A stretch of 64,000 bases of DNA from Nitrospirota bacterium (GTDB lineage: Bacteria > Nitrospirota > Thermodesulfovibrionia > Thermodesulfovibrionales > Dissulfurispiraceae), in contig CAWBMP010000005.1 of the NCBI GenBank assembly GCA_963790025.1, positions 575,224 through 639,223 on the forward strand. Direction: 5' to 3'. The notes under the pieces were generated by a model. It was not told where the DNA came from. It ran no database searches and was given only the letters and a program-made list of their open reading frames with translations. This document shows positions 50,599 through 60,397 of the stretch, one piece after another (the stretch's first letter is position 1; each line of letters opens with the position of its first letter). The position numbers were made by a program, and so were the translations under genes.

Positions 50599-51981
50599 GT
50601 CTTTCATCGCGTGTATCGCTTCGCCGCTGACGTCCGCTGCAGCTTCCATTATACCCTCAGAGAGGGTAGGATGGGAATGGATCATTTCGGCCACGGCTTC
50701 TGCAGTCAAGCCGGCCTGTAGAGCCAAAGCTCCTTCATGGACGAGGTCCGATGCATGAGGGCCGATAATATGCACGCCCAAAACTTTGCCGGTGTCTGCA
50801 CCGGCAAGGACCTTTACCATACCGGTTACTTCCCCTAACGCATGGGCTTTGCCCAACATTCTGAACTGAAAACGCCCAATTTTCACGTCTATTCCATTTT
50901 TTGCGGCCTGTTGCTCTGTCAGGCCGACAGAGCCTATTTCCGGAGAAGTGAAGATGCCGGCAGGCACTACCGAATAGTCCATCTTCTTATCCACACCGCA
51001 AGCATTGTATGCAGCCACTATCCCTTCCCTGGAAGCCACGTGGGCGAGAAGCCGGCCTCCTGTGACATCTCCCACCGCATAAATGCCGCCGATGTTTGTT
51101 TCCATCCTATCGTTTACCAGTATTTCACCCCGGGGACCTTTTCGTATGCCAAGGGCTTCCAGGCCGATATTTTCGGTGTTCAATTCTCTTCCTATAGACA
51201 CAAGAAGCTTCTCGGCAAAGAGTTCCTCCCCGCTATCAAGGGATACGTTGACACCGTTACCGGCGACCTCGACCCTGTTTACCTTCACCGAGAGTATCAA
51301 CTTGATTTTTTTCTTTTTAAACTCTCTTTCAAGTAATGCGGATATTTCTTGGTCCTCTGTAGAGATCGCCCCCGGCATCATCTCCACCATTGTTATTTCG
51401 GTCCCGAGTTCTCTGAATATGCAGGCAAATTCACAGCCTATGACCCCTGCGCCGAGGATGATCAAACTTGTGGGTACGGATTTGATTGCCACCGCGTGGT
51501 CGCTCGAAAGGATGCGTTCCCCATCAAGAGGAAACATCGGCAACAGGGCAGGACGCGAGCCGGTTGCGATAATAACCTTATCAGTTTCAATTATCTCTGC
51601 CGGGCCGTCTTTTTTCCTGACTTCCACCCTTTCAGGTGAGAGAAGCGTCCCCCTGCCTTCAACAAGCATTATCCCCCAGCTTTTGAAGAGTGCCCTTATG
51701 CCTCTCACATTGGTGGCAACTATTTTGTCCTTCCTCTCCATTATCCTGGAAAGGTTAGGGTGTATCGGGCCCTGCACATCTATCCCGTATTCTTCCAGTC
51801 GTCTTGCCTTCTGCAGTACCTCAACAGAAGCGACTAATGATTTGGTCGGAATACATCCCCAGTTGAGGCATGTTCCCCCCACTTCACTGTCTTCTATTAC
51901 AGTGACCTGAGCCCCCAGGCGGGCTGCTTTTAACGCCGCAACATATCCTCCGGGTCCTGCCCCGATGATCGTTAATTTCAA
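50593..51981 (-). CDS. lpdA: Dihydrolipoyl dehydrogenase
   Basis: GAGPGGY, GGTCLNWGCIPTK, GAGVIGCE, HSHPTLSE. Confidence 0.97.
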   Translation of the reverse strand: MKLTIIGAGPGGYVAALKAARLGAQVTVIEDSEVGGTCLNWGCIPTKSLVASVEVLQKARRLEEYGIDVQGPIHPNLSRIMERKDKIVATNVRGIRALFKSWGIMLVEGRGTLLSPERVEVRKKDGPAEIIETDKVIIATGSRPALLPMFPLDGERILSSDHAVAIKSVPTSLIILGAGVIGCEFACIFRELGTEITMVEMMPGAISTEDQEISALLEREFKKKKIKLILSVKVNRVEVAGNGVNVSLDSGEELFAEKLLVSIGRELNTENIGLEALGIRKGPRGEILVNDRMETNIGGIYAVGDVTGGRLLAHVASREGIVAAYNACGVDKKMDYSVVPAGIFTSPEIGSVGLTEQQAAKNGIDVKIGRFQFRMLGKAHALGEVTGMVKVLAGADTGKVLGVHIIGPHASDLVHEGALALQAGLTAEAVAEMIHSHPTLSEGIMEAAADVSGEAIHAMKDK

Positions 51982-52364
51982 CCTGCTTCCTCTTCTATAA
52001 ACTTTTCGTAATCGTCGGCATCCATAAGTTCATCGAGTTCGGAAATATCATCCATTTCGATTATCGCGACCCATCCTTTGCCGTAAGGGTCCTCATTAAT
52101 GATCTCAGGAGAGTCTGCAAGCTTGTCGTTGGTGTCTATAACAATCCCGCTGACAGGCGAGACAATTGATGACGTTGCTTTTGTCGACTCGATTTCTGCC
52201 AATTCGGCGCCTGCTTCGGCGGTGGATTCCACTTCCGGCAGGTCAATGTATACGACATCTCCGAGGGTGTCCTGCGCATAATCGGTAATACCTATGGTTG
52301 CCTTCTTTCCCGACGCTTTCACCCACGTGTGTTCTCTGTGATACTTGAGTTCATCCGGATTCAT
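51978..52364 (-). CDS. gcvH: Glycine cleavage system H protein (lipoyl carrier)
   Basis: EHTWV, IGITDYAQDTLGDVVYIDLP, IESTKA lipoyl-Lys, INEDPYGKGW. Confidence 0.95.
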   Translation of the reverse strand: MNPDELKYHREHTWVKASGKKATIGITDYAQDTLGDVVYIDLPEVESTAEAGAELAEIESTKATSSIVSPVSGIVIDTNDKLADSPEIINEDPYGKGWVAIIEMDDISELDELMDADDYEKFIEEEAG

Positions 52365-52384
52365 AATAGTCCCTCCTTATTGAG

Positions 52385-52545
52385 AAGAAGTAAAAAGTTA
52401 AAAGTAAAAAGTTAAAAGGTTAAGACCAAAGCTAAAGACTTATTGCAATTTCTTAACATAGTTCACATCCTTTGTCAACAAAAAAGCAAATTCTTCTTTT
52501 TGACCCTTCTTTACTTTTTACTTCTCACTTTTTACTTTTTACTTG
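52385..52545. repeat. Inverted heptamer repeat spacer
   Basis: aagtaaaaagttaaaagtaaaaagttaaaa ... ttactttttacttctcactttttactttttactt. Confidence 0.75.
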
Positions 52546-52576
52546 TGTTAGCTATGGTATCATAAAAATCGTGGAA

Positions 52577-53428
52577 ATGGTGAAAAATAAGATGGTCCTT
52601 TTTTTGCGGATGATAAAGTTCTCCCACTCGGTATTTGCACTGCCTTTTGCATTTACAGGGGCCCTGCTGGCATCGGAGGGATTCCCGCCTTTTGAAAAGC
52701 TCTTCTGGATCAGCGTCGCAATGGTCGGAGCGCGTTCCGGCGCTATGGGATTGAACAGGATTATAGACAGCAAAATTGATGCCGCAAACCCCAGGACGGC
52801 AAACAGGGAGATACCTTCAGGCAAGATAAGTGTTTTGGAAGCGTCGTTTTTTACCGTCGCAGCTTTTGCACTCATGGTCTTTGCCGCTTACCGTCTTAAT
52901 TCGCTCTGCCTTGAGCTTTCTCCGGTGGCTATAGCGGTCCTGGTTCTTTACTCCTATACCAAGCGTTTTACCTGGATGGCCCATTTTGTCCTAGGCATCT
53001 GCATTGCGGCCGCCCCTCTTGGGGCATGGATAGCCATAAGGGGGACCCTTGACAAAGAGATACTGCCCCTCGGCATAGCCGTTGTTTTCTGGCTGGCCGG
53101 GTTCGATGTTCTCTATGCCCTTCAGGACATCGAATTCGACCGGGGATACGGGCTTCGCTCGATTCCACAGCGGTTCGGGATAAAAGGGGCACTTGTCCTT
53201 TCCAGGGCGTTCCATTTGATTACATGGTTTTTACTTGCCGCTACAGGCGTTATATTTTCGCTGCATGTCATATACTGGATAGGGATAACAGTGATTGCAG
53301 CGCTTCTTTTATATGAACATTCGCTGGTGAAACCCTGGGATTTGAGAAGGTTGGATATGGCTTTTTTCAATATGAACGGCTATATAAGCGTCGCGGTTTT
53401 TGTGTTTACGCTTTTTGCCCTGATTTAA
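52577..53428 (+). CDS. UbiA-family prenyltransferase (MqnP-like, futalosine menaquinone pathway)
   Basis: IKFSHSVFALPFA, NRIIDSKIDAANPRT.NREIP, YSYTKRF, GFDVLYALQD. Confidence 0.9.
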   Translation: MVKNKMVLFLRMIKFSHSVFALPFAFTGALLASEGFPPFEKLFWISVAMVGARSGAMGLNRIIDSKIDAANPRTANREIPSGKISVLEASFFTVAAFALMVFAAYRLNSLCLELSPVAIAVLVLYSYTKRFTWMAHFVLGICIAAAPLGAWIAIRGTLDKEILPLGIAVVFWLAGFDVLYALQDIEFDRGYGLRSIPQRFGIKGALVLSRAFHLITWFLLAATGVIFSLHVIYWIGITVIAALLLYEHSLVKPWDLRRLDMAFFNMNGYISVAVFVFTLFALI

Positions 53429-53606
53429 AGTCTGCCACAGAGAAACGAATATACAGAGAAAAGATAGTGATAAGTGAAATATGGAGAGCCTTTATTTAGA
53501 AAATGGTTTATTTAGTTTTATTTTTCCCAGTGTCTCTGTGTCTCGGTGGTAAGGCTTGAGACACAGAGCAAAATGAATCCTACTATAGAGTAAACTGACG
53601 ACCATA

Positions 53607-54920
53607 ATGGAACAGGCAGACTGTATTATTTACGGCGATCATGTACTGACTATGAACACGAGTCTGGATATCGTTCATAACGGTGCGGTGGCGGTAAAGG
53701 GCGGCATAATCGCGGATGTTGACGTTGCGGAGAACATTCGTAAGAAATATTCGTCAACGTGTTTAATAGGTGGCCGGGAAAGACTTGTGCTTCCGGGATT
53801 TATCAATACCCATACTCATGCGGCAATGGTGTATTTCAGAGGACTTGCCGATGATCTTCCGTTGAAGGACTGGCTCGAAAAACACATATGGCCCGCTGAA
53901 AACAGGCTTCTCAGCCCTGAGTTCGTATATGATGCCGTGTCCCTTGCCTGTCTGGAGATGCTTAAGTCTGGAACTACCACTTATAATGATATGTATTTTT
54001 TCGCCGACAGCGCTGCCAGGGCCTCGAAGGATCTTGGCCTCCGCGCGCTTCTTGGCGCCGGTATTCTCGACTTCCCTACCATGACTGCAAAGACTGTAGA
54101 TGACTATCTCGGCAATGCTGAACGTTTCATGGAAACGTGGAAGGGAGATCCGCTGATTACCCCGTGCATAGCGCCGCATTCCGCTTATGCCTGTGGGACA
54201 CGGACGTTGGAGCGTGTGAAAGAACTTGCAGACCGAAGCGATGTACTGACCACCATACATCTGTCCGAAACAGCATGGGAGATCGGCGAACTTGCGCGTC
54301 TCTACGGCAAAAGGCCCGTCGAGTATCTCGAAGATATCGGGTTTCTCGGTGATAGGCTGCTTGCCGCTCATTGCGTGTGGGTGAATGGCGGGGAGATAGA
54401 CCTCCTTGCCCGAAGGGGTGTTTCAGTTTCCCATTGCATTGAGAGCAATCTGAAACTTGCTTCAGGCATAGCACCTGTTCCCAGGATGCTTGCTGCCGGA
54501 GTGAAAGTCTCTCTGGGTACCGACGGTGCAGCAAGCAACAATGATCTGAACATCCTTAGTGAAATGGCTACGGCTGCCAAAGTTCACAAGGCCGTGGCAA
54601 ACGATCCCACAGTTGTCGACTCGAAAACTGCGTTGCTGATGGCAACACGATGGGGCGCGGAGGCACTGGGTCTCGGCAGCCGGATCGGAAGCATAGAACC
54701 CGGAAAGCGCGCCGACATACTCACCGTGAATTTGAGAAAGCCCCACCTGACACCGCTATACGACTTTTATTCTCTCATTGTTTATGCGGCAATGGCGTCT
54801 GATGTCGAGGATGTTATTATCGACGGCGTGCCGGTCATCCAGGGCAGGATGCTGCTCACAGGCGACGAAGAGGGGATTTTGCAAAAGGCCAGGGAGTGGG
54901 GCCGCAAATTGCGCGTTTAA
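53607..54920 (+). CDS. MtaD-like amidohydrolase (MTA/SAH deaminase family)
   Basis: PGFINTHTHAAM, APHSAY, IHLSET, AHCV, GTDGAASNN. Confidence 0.9.
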   Translation: MEQADCIIYGDHVLTMNTSLDIVHNGAVAVKGGIIADVDVAENIRKKYSSTCLIGGRERLVLPGFINTHTHAAMVYFRGLADDLPLKDWLEKHIWPAENRLLSPEFVYDAVSLACLEMLKSGTTTYNDMYFFADSAARASKDLGLRALLGAGILDFPTMTAKTVDDYLGNAERFMETWKGDPLITPCIAPHSAYACGTRTLERVKELADRSDVLTTIHLSETAWEIGELARLYGKRPVEYLEDIGFLGDRLLAAHCVWVNGGEIDLLARRGVSVSHCIESNLKLASGIAPVPRMLAAGVKVSLGTDGAASNNDLNILSEMATAAKVHKAVANDPTVVDSKTALLMATRWGAEALGLGSRIGSIEPGKRADILTVNLRKPHLTPLYDFYSLIVYAAMASDVEDVIIDGVPVIQGRMLLTGDEEGILQKAREWGRKLRV

Positions 54921-54978
54921 CATTTTCTTTGAGAATTCCTTATAATTAATATCTCATATAATTTTGTGGGGGGATTAG

Positions 54979-57387
54979 ATGGCTTATCCTTTTAAGGAAA
55001 TAGAGAATAAATGGCAGAACATCTGGCTTCAGAACAAGGCGTTCAATGCTTCCAATAGCAGCGACAAACCTAAGTATTACGCCTTGATCGAATTCCCATA
55101 CCCTTCAGCGGAAGGCCTTCACGTCGGGCACCCCAGAAGCTTTACCGCCATGGATATTATTGCGAGAAAAAGACGCATGGAGGGTTACAACGTATTGTTT
55201 CCCATCGGGTGGGACGCTTTTGGCCTGCCTGCCGAAAACTTTGCCATAAAACACGGGGTGCATCCGCGGGAATCGACAAAGAAGAATATTGCAAACTTTA
55301 AAAGGCAATTAAAGATGCTCGGGTTCTCTTTTGACTGGGACCGTGAGATTAATACAACAGACCCCGGTTACTATAAATGGACCCAATGGATTTTTTTACG
55401 TTTATTTGAAAGAGGACTGGCCTATAAGGCGGACATACCTATTAACTGGTGTGTTTCCTGCAAAGTCGGTCTTGCAAATGAGGAAGTTGTTGACGGCAGA
55501 TGTGAACGATGCGGCGCTCCCGTAATCAAAAAAAATAAGAACCAGTGGATGTTGAAAATTACCGAATATGCCGAAAGATTGATCACCGATCTGGAAGAAG
55601 TTGATTATCTCGAGAGGATCAAAACCCAGCAAATTAATTGGATAGGTAAAAGCTACGGGGCGGAGATTGATTTTTTTGTAAACGCCGATGTCAGCTTAAG
55701 AGTATTTACTACGAGGCCCGATACTATTTTTGGGGCCACCTATTTAGTGCTTTCCCCCGAACATCCCTCACTGGAAAAACTGGTGGGATTGATAAGCAAT
55801 GGTGACGAAGTTGAAAAATACCGTATAGAAGCTACTTACAAGTCTGACCTCGAAAGGACAGACCTTGCAAAGGAAAAGACCGGGGTGCAGTTGGAGGGAG
55901 TTATTGCATTAAACCCCGGGACCGGGCGGGAAATTCCAATTTGGGTGTCGGACTATGTTCTTATGGGTTATGGGACCGGCGCTATTATGGCTGTTCCTGC
56001 TCACGACAAGAGAGATTACGAGTTTGCAAAGAAATATCAACTTCCCATTGTGGAGGTCATAACGGGTGGCGATATATCCATTGATGCATATGAAGGAGAC
56101 GGTCGGTTAATCAATTCCGATTTTTTAAATGGCTTATCCGTGCAAAAAGCCAAAGAAAAAATAGTCGAATGGATTTCCGCCAATAAAATCGGCAACAGCA
56201 AAATAAATTATAAATTGAGGGACTGGGTTTTTTCGCGGCAGAGATACTGGGGTGAAGTGATCCCGATGGTCCAGTGTGAAAAATGCGGCTGGGTCGCGGT
56301 GCCGGAAAATGAATTGCCTGTTCTGCTTCCTGAGGTGACATCTTTCATTTCCGGGGAAGATGGAAAATCCGTGCTGGAGGGACTCGCCGATTGGGTCGAT
56401 ACAAAATGCCCGAAGTGCGGGGGGCCCGGCAAGCGGGAAACTGATACGATGCCCCAGTGGGCGGGGTCATCCTGGTACTTCCTCCGATATACCGATCCCG
56501 CTGATAATAGAGAGTTTGCCTCAAGGGAAAGTCTTGATTACTGGCTGCCGGTTGACTGGTATAACGGGGGGATGGAGCACACAACCTTACATTTATTATA
56601 CTCCAGGTTCTGGCATAAATTTTTGTATGATGAAGGCCTTGTGCCATGTAAGGAGCCTTACAGAAAACGGACCTCGCATGGAATGATCCTCGGATCGGAT
56701 GGCGAAAAGATGTCGAAATCGCGGGGTAATGTTGTAAATCCCGATGATATAGCCAATGAATTCGGCGCCGATGTATTCAGGGTGTTTCTAATGTTTATCG
56801 GAGCCTTCGATCTTGCGGTGATGTGGAATACAGAGGGCCTGATAGGTATTTCGAGGTTTTTGAACCGCGTTTGGAGCTGTGTGGAAAAAATCGATGACGG
56901 TCTCACGCCCCGGGAAAAGGACCTAAGGCTTATGCATAGAACCATTAAGAACGTTTCCGAGAGAATTGAAAAAATGCGTTACAACACGGGAGTATCTGAA
57001 ATAATGTCTTATACCAATGAACTTTCAGCGATGGCGGCGATACCGAAGAAAATGTTTGAAGTGCTTTGTCTTCTTTTGTATCCTTTTGCCCCGCACTTGA
57101 CCGCTGAAATGTGGGAAAGGGCAATAAGTGAAGACTCAGGGCTGATCTGCCAGAAATGGCCGGAGTATGACAGCAGTCTGATAATCGAGGAGACGGCAAC
57201 CATAGCAGTCCAGGTAAACGGCAAATTGCGGGGGACCGTAGAAGCTGAAAAGGGGATGTCTCAGGATAATTTGTTTGAACTTGTCGTCAATGACGTTAAG
57301 TTCAGCAAGCATATCTACGGGAAAGACATCAAAAAAGTAATTCATGTCCCCGACAAGCTGTTGAATATAGTTGTCGGGAAAGATTAG
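54979..57387 (+). CDS. leuS: Leucine--tRNA ligase
   Basis: FPYPSAEGLHVGH, GWDAFGLPAEN, FTTRPDT, SRQRYWG, KMSKSRGN, VQVNGKLR. Confidence 0.98.
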   Translation: MAYPFKEIENKWQNIWLQNKAFNASNSSDKPKYYALIEFPYPSAEGLHVGHPRSFTAMDIIARKRRMEGYNVLFPIGWDAFGLPAENFAIKHGVHPRESTKKNIANFKRQLKMLGFSFDWDREINTTDPGYYKWTQWIFLRLFERGLAYKADIPINWCVSCKVGLANEEVVDGRCERCGAPVIKKNKNQWMLKITEYAERLITDLEEVDYLERIKTQQINWIGKSYGAEIDFFVNADVSLRVFTTRPDTIFGATYLVLSPEHPSLEKLVGLISNGDEVEKYRIEATYKSDLERTDLAKEKTGVQLEGVIALNPGTGREIPIWVSDYVLMGYGTGAIMAVPAHDKRDYEFAKKYQLPIVEVITGGDISIDAYEGDGRLINSDFLNGLSVQKAKEKIVEWISANKIGNSKINYKLRDWVFSRQRYWGEVIPMVQCEKCGWVAVPENELPVLLPEVTSFISGEDGKSVLEGLADWVDTKCPKCGGPGKRETDTMPQWAGSSWYFLRYTDPADNREFASRESLDYWLPVDWYNGGMEHTTLHLLYSRFWHKFLYDEGLVPCKEPYRKRTSHGMILGSDGEKMSKSRGNVVNPDDIANEFGADVFRVFLMFIGAFDLAVMWNTEGLIGISRFLNRVWSCVEKIDDGLTPREKDLRLMHRTIKNVSERIEKMRYNTGVSEIMSYTNELSAMAAIPKKMFEVLCLLLYPFAPHLTAEMWERAISEDSGLICQKWPEYDSSLIIEETATIAVQVNGKLRGTVEAEKGMSQDNLFELVVNDVKFSKHIYGKDIKKVIHVPDKLLNIVVGKD

Positions 57388-57480
57388 TAAAAAGTAAAAA
57401 ATAAGAAGTAAAAAGTAAAGAGAAACAGATGACATTTTTTTGTCTTTACTTTTAACTTTTAACTTCTTATTTTTTACTTA
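57386..57480. repeat. Inverted heptamer repeat spacer
   Basis: agtaaaaagtaaaaaataagaagtaaaaagtaaag ... ctttacttttaacttttaacttcttattttttactt. Confidence 0.8.
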
Positions 57481-57495
57481 AATATGGGGGGAGCC

Positions 57496-59124
57496 ATGTT
57501 AAATAAATATACTGATGCGGCGGCATGCTGGAAGGAACTGCTGCTAAAGACGTCTCCGGACAGAGAGATGCTTGCCGCTGTTGAACACTTTGCGATCGAG
57601 AACACGCAGTCCGCGAAAATAGTTTTCGGCACCTCGGGATGGAGAGGGGAAATAGGCAGCGACTTCACATTCAATAATGTGCGTATTGTTATATCGGCGA
57701 TTATAGAGATGTTTAAAAACGGCGGGGAACCGGTCATGAGGGCGCTCGGAGTGAGGAATTTCGATGAGGTGAGAAACCGCGGGATTATTGTCGGGCATGA
57801 TAACCGGCTCCTCGGTCATGAATTCTCCAGGGAAGTCCTCGGATACCTTCAGAAGGAAGGTATCAGGACATGGTATGCGGGAGAGGCGGCGACGCCCGAA
57901 TTCTCAGCGGCGATAGAAATGCTGCATGCCGCATGCTCTATCAATCTGACGCCGTCTCATAATCCGGCCAATTACGCAGGCTTCAAATTCAATCCTTCTG
58001 ACGGGGGGCCTGCCGGTACTGAGATTACCTCAAAAATAGAAGAGCTGGCCAATAAAATGATGCGGGAAGGTGCGATACTTCCATCCTTAAGGGCAGCACA
58101 TGTTGAGCAACTTGACCTTACAGGCATTTACCTGTCTTTTGTTACCGGGCGTAAAACGCTCGATATCGAAAAAATCCGTGATTTCATAAACAGGGCTGAC
58201 TGTACAATCTGTATTGACAATGTCCATGGCGCTACACGAGGCCGCATGGAAAAGGTCCTTTGCGACAGCAGCAAGATTGTTTACCTGAGGACCGAAAATA
58301 ATGTTCTCTTCGGGGGTGTAGCCCCTGAACCCTCCGAGAAAAATATGGCAGGGGTAGACAGCGTATTGAGGGAGAGCTCTGCGCGTTTGAAGCTTGGGGT
58401 GATTATGGACCCGGACGGCGACCGTATCAGGTTCAGTGACGGATCGATGCAAATACCGATGAATTATTTCGGAGCAATGGCGCTGCACTTTTTGCATGAA
58501 TATAAGGGGATACAGGGTGTTGCGGCTAAATCGGTGGGTACCAGTAATTTAGTCAATGCCATTGCCGGACAACTCGGCATCCCTGTCAAAGAGACACAGG
58601 TAGGATTTAAACATTTCAGGCCCTATCTGATCGGAAACGCGAAAGAAAGAGCGATAGTCGCTTTCGAAGAATCTGACGGCATATCCGGTTACAATAATAC
58701 CCTGGAAAAAGACGCTTTTTTCGGACTGCTTCTCGCTATTGAGATGATGGCGGTGACAGGTAAGAATTTGAGCACTTACCTTGACGACGTGATGGACCAG
58801 TTCGGGCACTTCTATCCGGACCGGTCGGGTATCGCTGTGGACCGCTCACTTGTAGGGGAGCCGCTGCTGCAGAAGCTGTCGATAATAAGGGAACGCTACA
58901 GGAAGGGGACGGTGACGAAAATCGGCAGCGAAAACAGAACAGTTACGGACTTGATAACGGTAGACGGTTCAAAAGTTGTTTTTGATGACGGGTCCTGGCT
59001 GATGATAAGGCCCTCGGGAACAGAGCCCAAGGTCAGGTTTTACATAGAAGCCCGCACCATGCAAGGCAAACAGGCCATATTTGAAGCAGCAGAACGTATT
59101 ACCAGAGAGGCACTGGGGAAATGA
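57496..59124 (+). CDS. Phosphoglucomutase/phosphomannomutase
   Basis: FGTSGWRG, TPSHNP, DPDGDR, FEESDG, RPSGTEPKVRFY. Confidence 0.95.
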   Translation: MLNKYTDAAACWKELLLKTSPDREMLAAVEHFAIENTQSAKIVFGTSGWRGEIGSDFTFNNVRIVISAIIEMFKNGGEPVMRALGVRNFDEVRNRGIIVGHDNRLLGHEFSREVLGYLQKEGIRTWYAGEAATPEFSAAIEMLHAACSINLTPSHNPANYAGFKFNPSDGGPAGTEITSKIEELANKMMREGAILPSLRAAHVEQLDLTGIYLSFVTGRKTLDIEKIRDFINRADCTICIDNVHGATRGRMEKVLCDSSKIVYLRTENNVLFGGVAPEPSEKNMAGVDSVLRESSARLKLGVIMDPDGDRIRFSDGSMQIPMNYFGAMALHFLHEYKGIQGVAAKSVGTSNLVNAIAGQLGIPVKETQVGFKHFRPYLIGNAKERAIVAFEESDGISGYNNTLEKDAFFGLLLAIEMMAVTGKNLSTYLDDVMDQFGHFYPDRSGIAVDRSLVGEPLLQKLSIIRERYRKGTVTKIGSENRTVTDLITVDGSKVVFDDGSWLMIRPSGTEPKVRFYIEARTMQGKQAIFEAAERITREALGK

Positions 59125-59139
59125 ACGCAGGACGCAGAA

Positions 59140-59445
59140 GTGGAGTGTATGTTTAAACGCTACATAAAACGGATATTGATAGCCAACAGGGATTTCTTGC
59201 TTAAAGAGGCGGTTGCGGCCAACGGTATTATGCGACTGTTGATGAAGAACCGTAACACGGGTGAGCAATGGACGAAGAACGAACTGGGGCAGCTCAGATC
59301 ATACTTTCTGAGCCTATTGCTGATTGTTCCGGCATTGATTATTTTTCTCCTGCCATTCGGCTCCCTGCTGCTGCCTATCCTCGCCGAGGTGCTGGAACGG
59401 AGGAGCAAACCCCGTCAAGCGCAAGACGAAAAAAGGGACGCTTGA
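59140..59445 (+). CDS. Small membrane hypothetical protein
   Basis: LLMK.RNTGEQWT..E; hydrophobic IFLLPFGSLLLP. Confidence 0.7.
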   Translation: MECMFKRYIKRILIANRDFLLKEAVAANGIMRLLMKNRNTGEQWTKNELGQLRSYFLSLLLIVPALIIFLLPFGSLLLPILAEVLERRSKPRQAQDEKRDA

Positions 59446-59450
59446 CGCCG

Positions 59451-60038
59451 TTACAGTGAGCGTCTCCCTTCCAGTGCTTTGGCGAGAGTTACTTCATCTG
59501 CGAATTCTATGTCACTCCCTATGGGCAGACCATAGGCAATCCTCGAAATACTTACACCGGACTGCCTCAGCATTTCGGTGATATACTGGGCCGTCATTTC
59601 CCCTTTTGTGTTGGGATTGGTAGCCAGTATTATCTCCTTAACACCCCCGGATTGTATCCTGGCGGCAAGTTCCCGGATCTTCAACTTGTCAGGCGTAATT
59701 CCGTCAAGCGGAGAGAGCGCACCTAGCAGTACGTGGTAAAGGCCTTTGAAGCTCCTAGTCCGTTCCACAGCAAGAATATTGCTCGGTTCCTCGACAACGC
59801 AGATTCTGCTCCGGTCCCGCGAAGAGTCGCTGCATATTTCGCAGGGATCTACGGCAGTTATATTGAAGCAAATTGAGCAAAACCTGGCGTTGTTCTTGAC
59901 ATCGATAATCGCATCGGCAATGCCCTTTGCCTCAGCAGCGGGCATGGTCAGTATAAAGAACGCCAGCCGCTGGGCACTCTTCCTTCCAATGCCCGGCAAT
60001 TTGGTAAGCTGTGATATAAGATTTTCGATTATGGCCAT
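59451..60038 (-). CDS. recR: Recombination mediator RecR
   Basis: LPGIGRKSAQRLAF, C4 zinc finger, Toprim ATNP..GE.TA.YI. Confidence 0.98.
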   Translation of the reverse strand: MAIIENLISQLTKLPGIGRKSAQRLAFFILTMPAAEAKGIADAIIDVKNNARFCSICFNITAVDPCEICSDSSRDRSRICVVEEPSNILAVERTRSFKGLYHVLLGALSPLDGITPDKLKIRELAARIQSGGVKEIILATNPNTKGEMTAQYITEMLRQSGVSISRIAYGLPIGSDIEFADEVTLAKALEGRRSL

Positions 60039-60052
60039 AAAAGAGTCCCTGG

Positions 60053-60397
60053 CTATTTTCCAAACAGGTTTCCCAGCCCTCCCATGCCCGGCAGCTGCAT
60101 GCCCATAGTGAGTTTCGACATATCATCGTTTACCATTTGTTGAGCTCTCCGCAATGCTTCGTTTGTTGCGGCAAGGATCAAATCCTGAAGCATCTCCACG
60201 TCGTCGGGGTTCACCACATCTTTCTCTATTTTTATCGAGACAAGCTCTCCCCCCCCATTTGCCACGACTGTTATCATCCCTCCGCCTGCGGTAGCCTCGA
60301 CAGTCTGCTTTTTTGCTTCCTCCTGCATTCGCGCCATTTCCACCTGCAGCTTCTGGGCCTCGCGCATTATGTCGCCAAGCATTTTCTTAGACATCAT
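60053..60397 (-). CDS. ybaB: YbaB/EbfC nucleoid-associated protein
   Basis: AQKLQ..VEATAGGGM..DDVEMLQDLILAATNEA; between dnaX and recR. Confidence 0.96.
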   Translation of the reverse strand: MMSKKMLGDIMREAQKLQVEMARMQEEAKKQTVEATAGGGMITVVANGGGELVSIKIEKDVVNPDDVEMLQDLILAATNEALRRAQQMVNDDMSKLTMGMQLPGMGGLGNLFGK

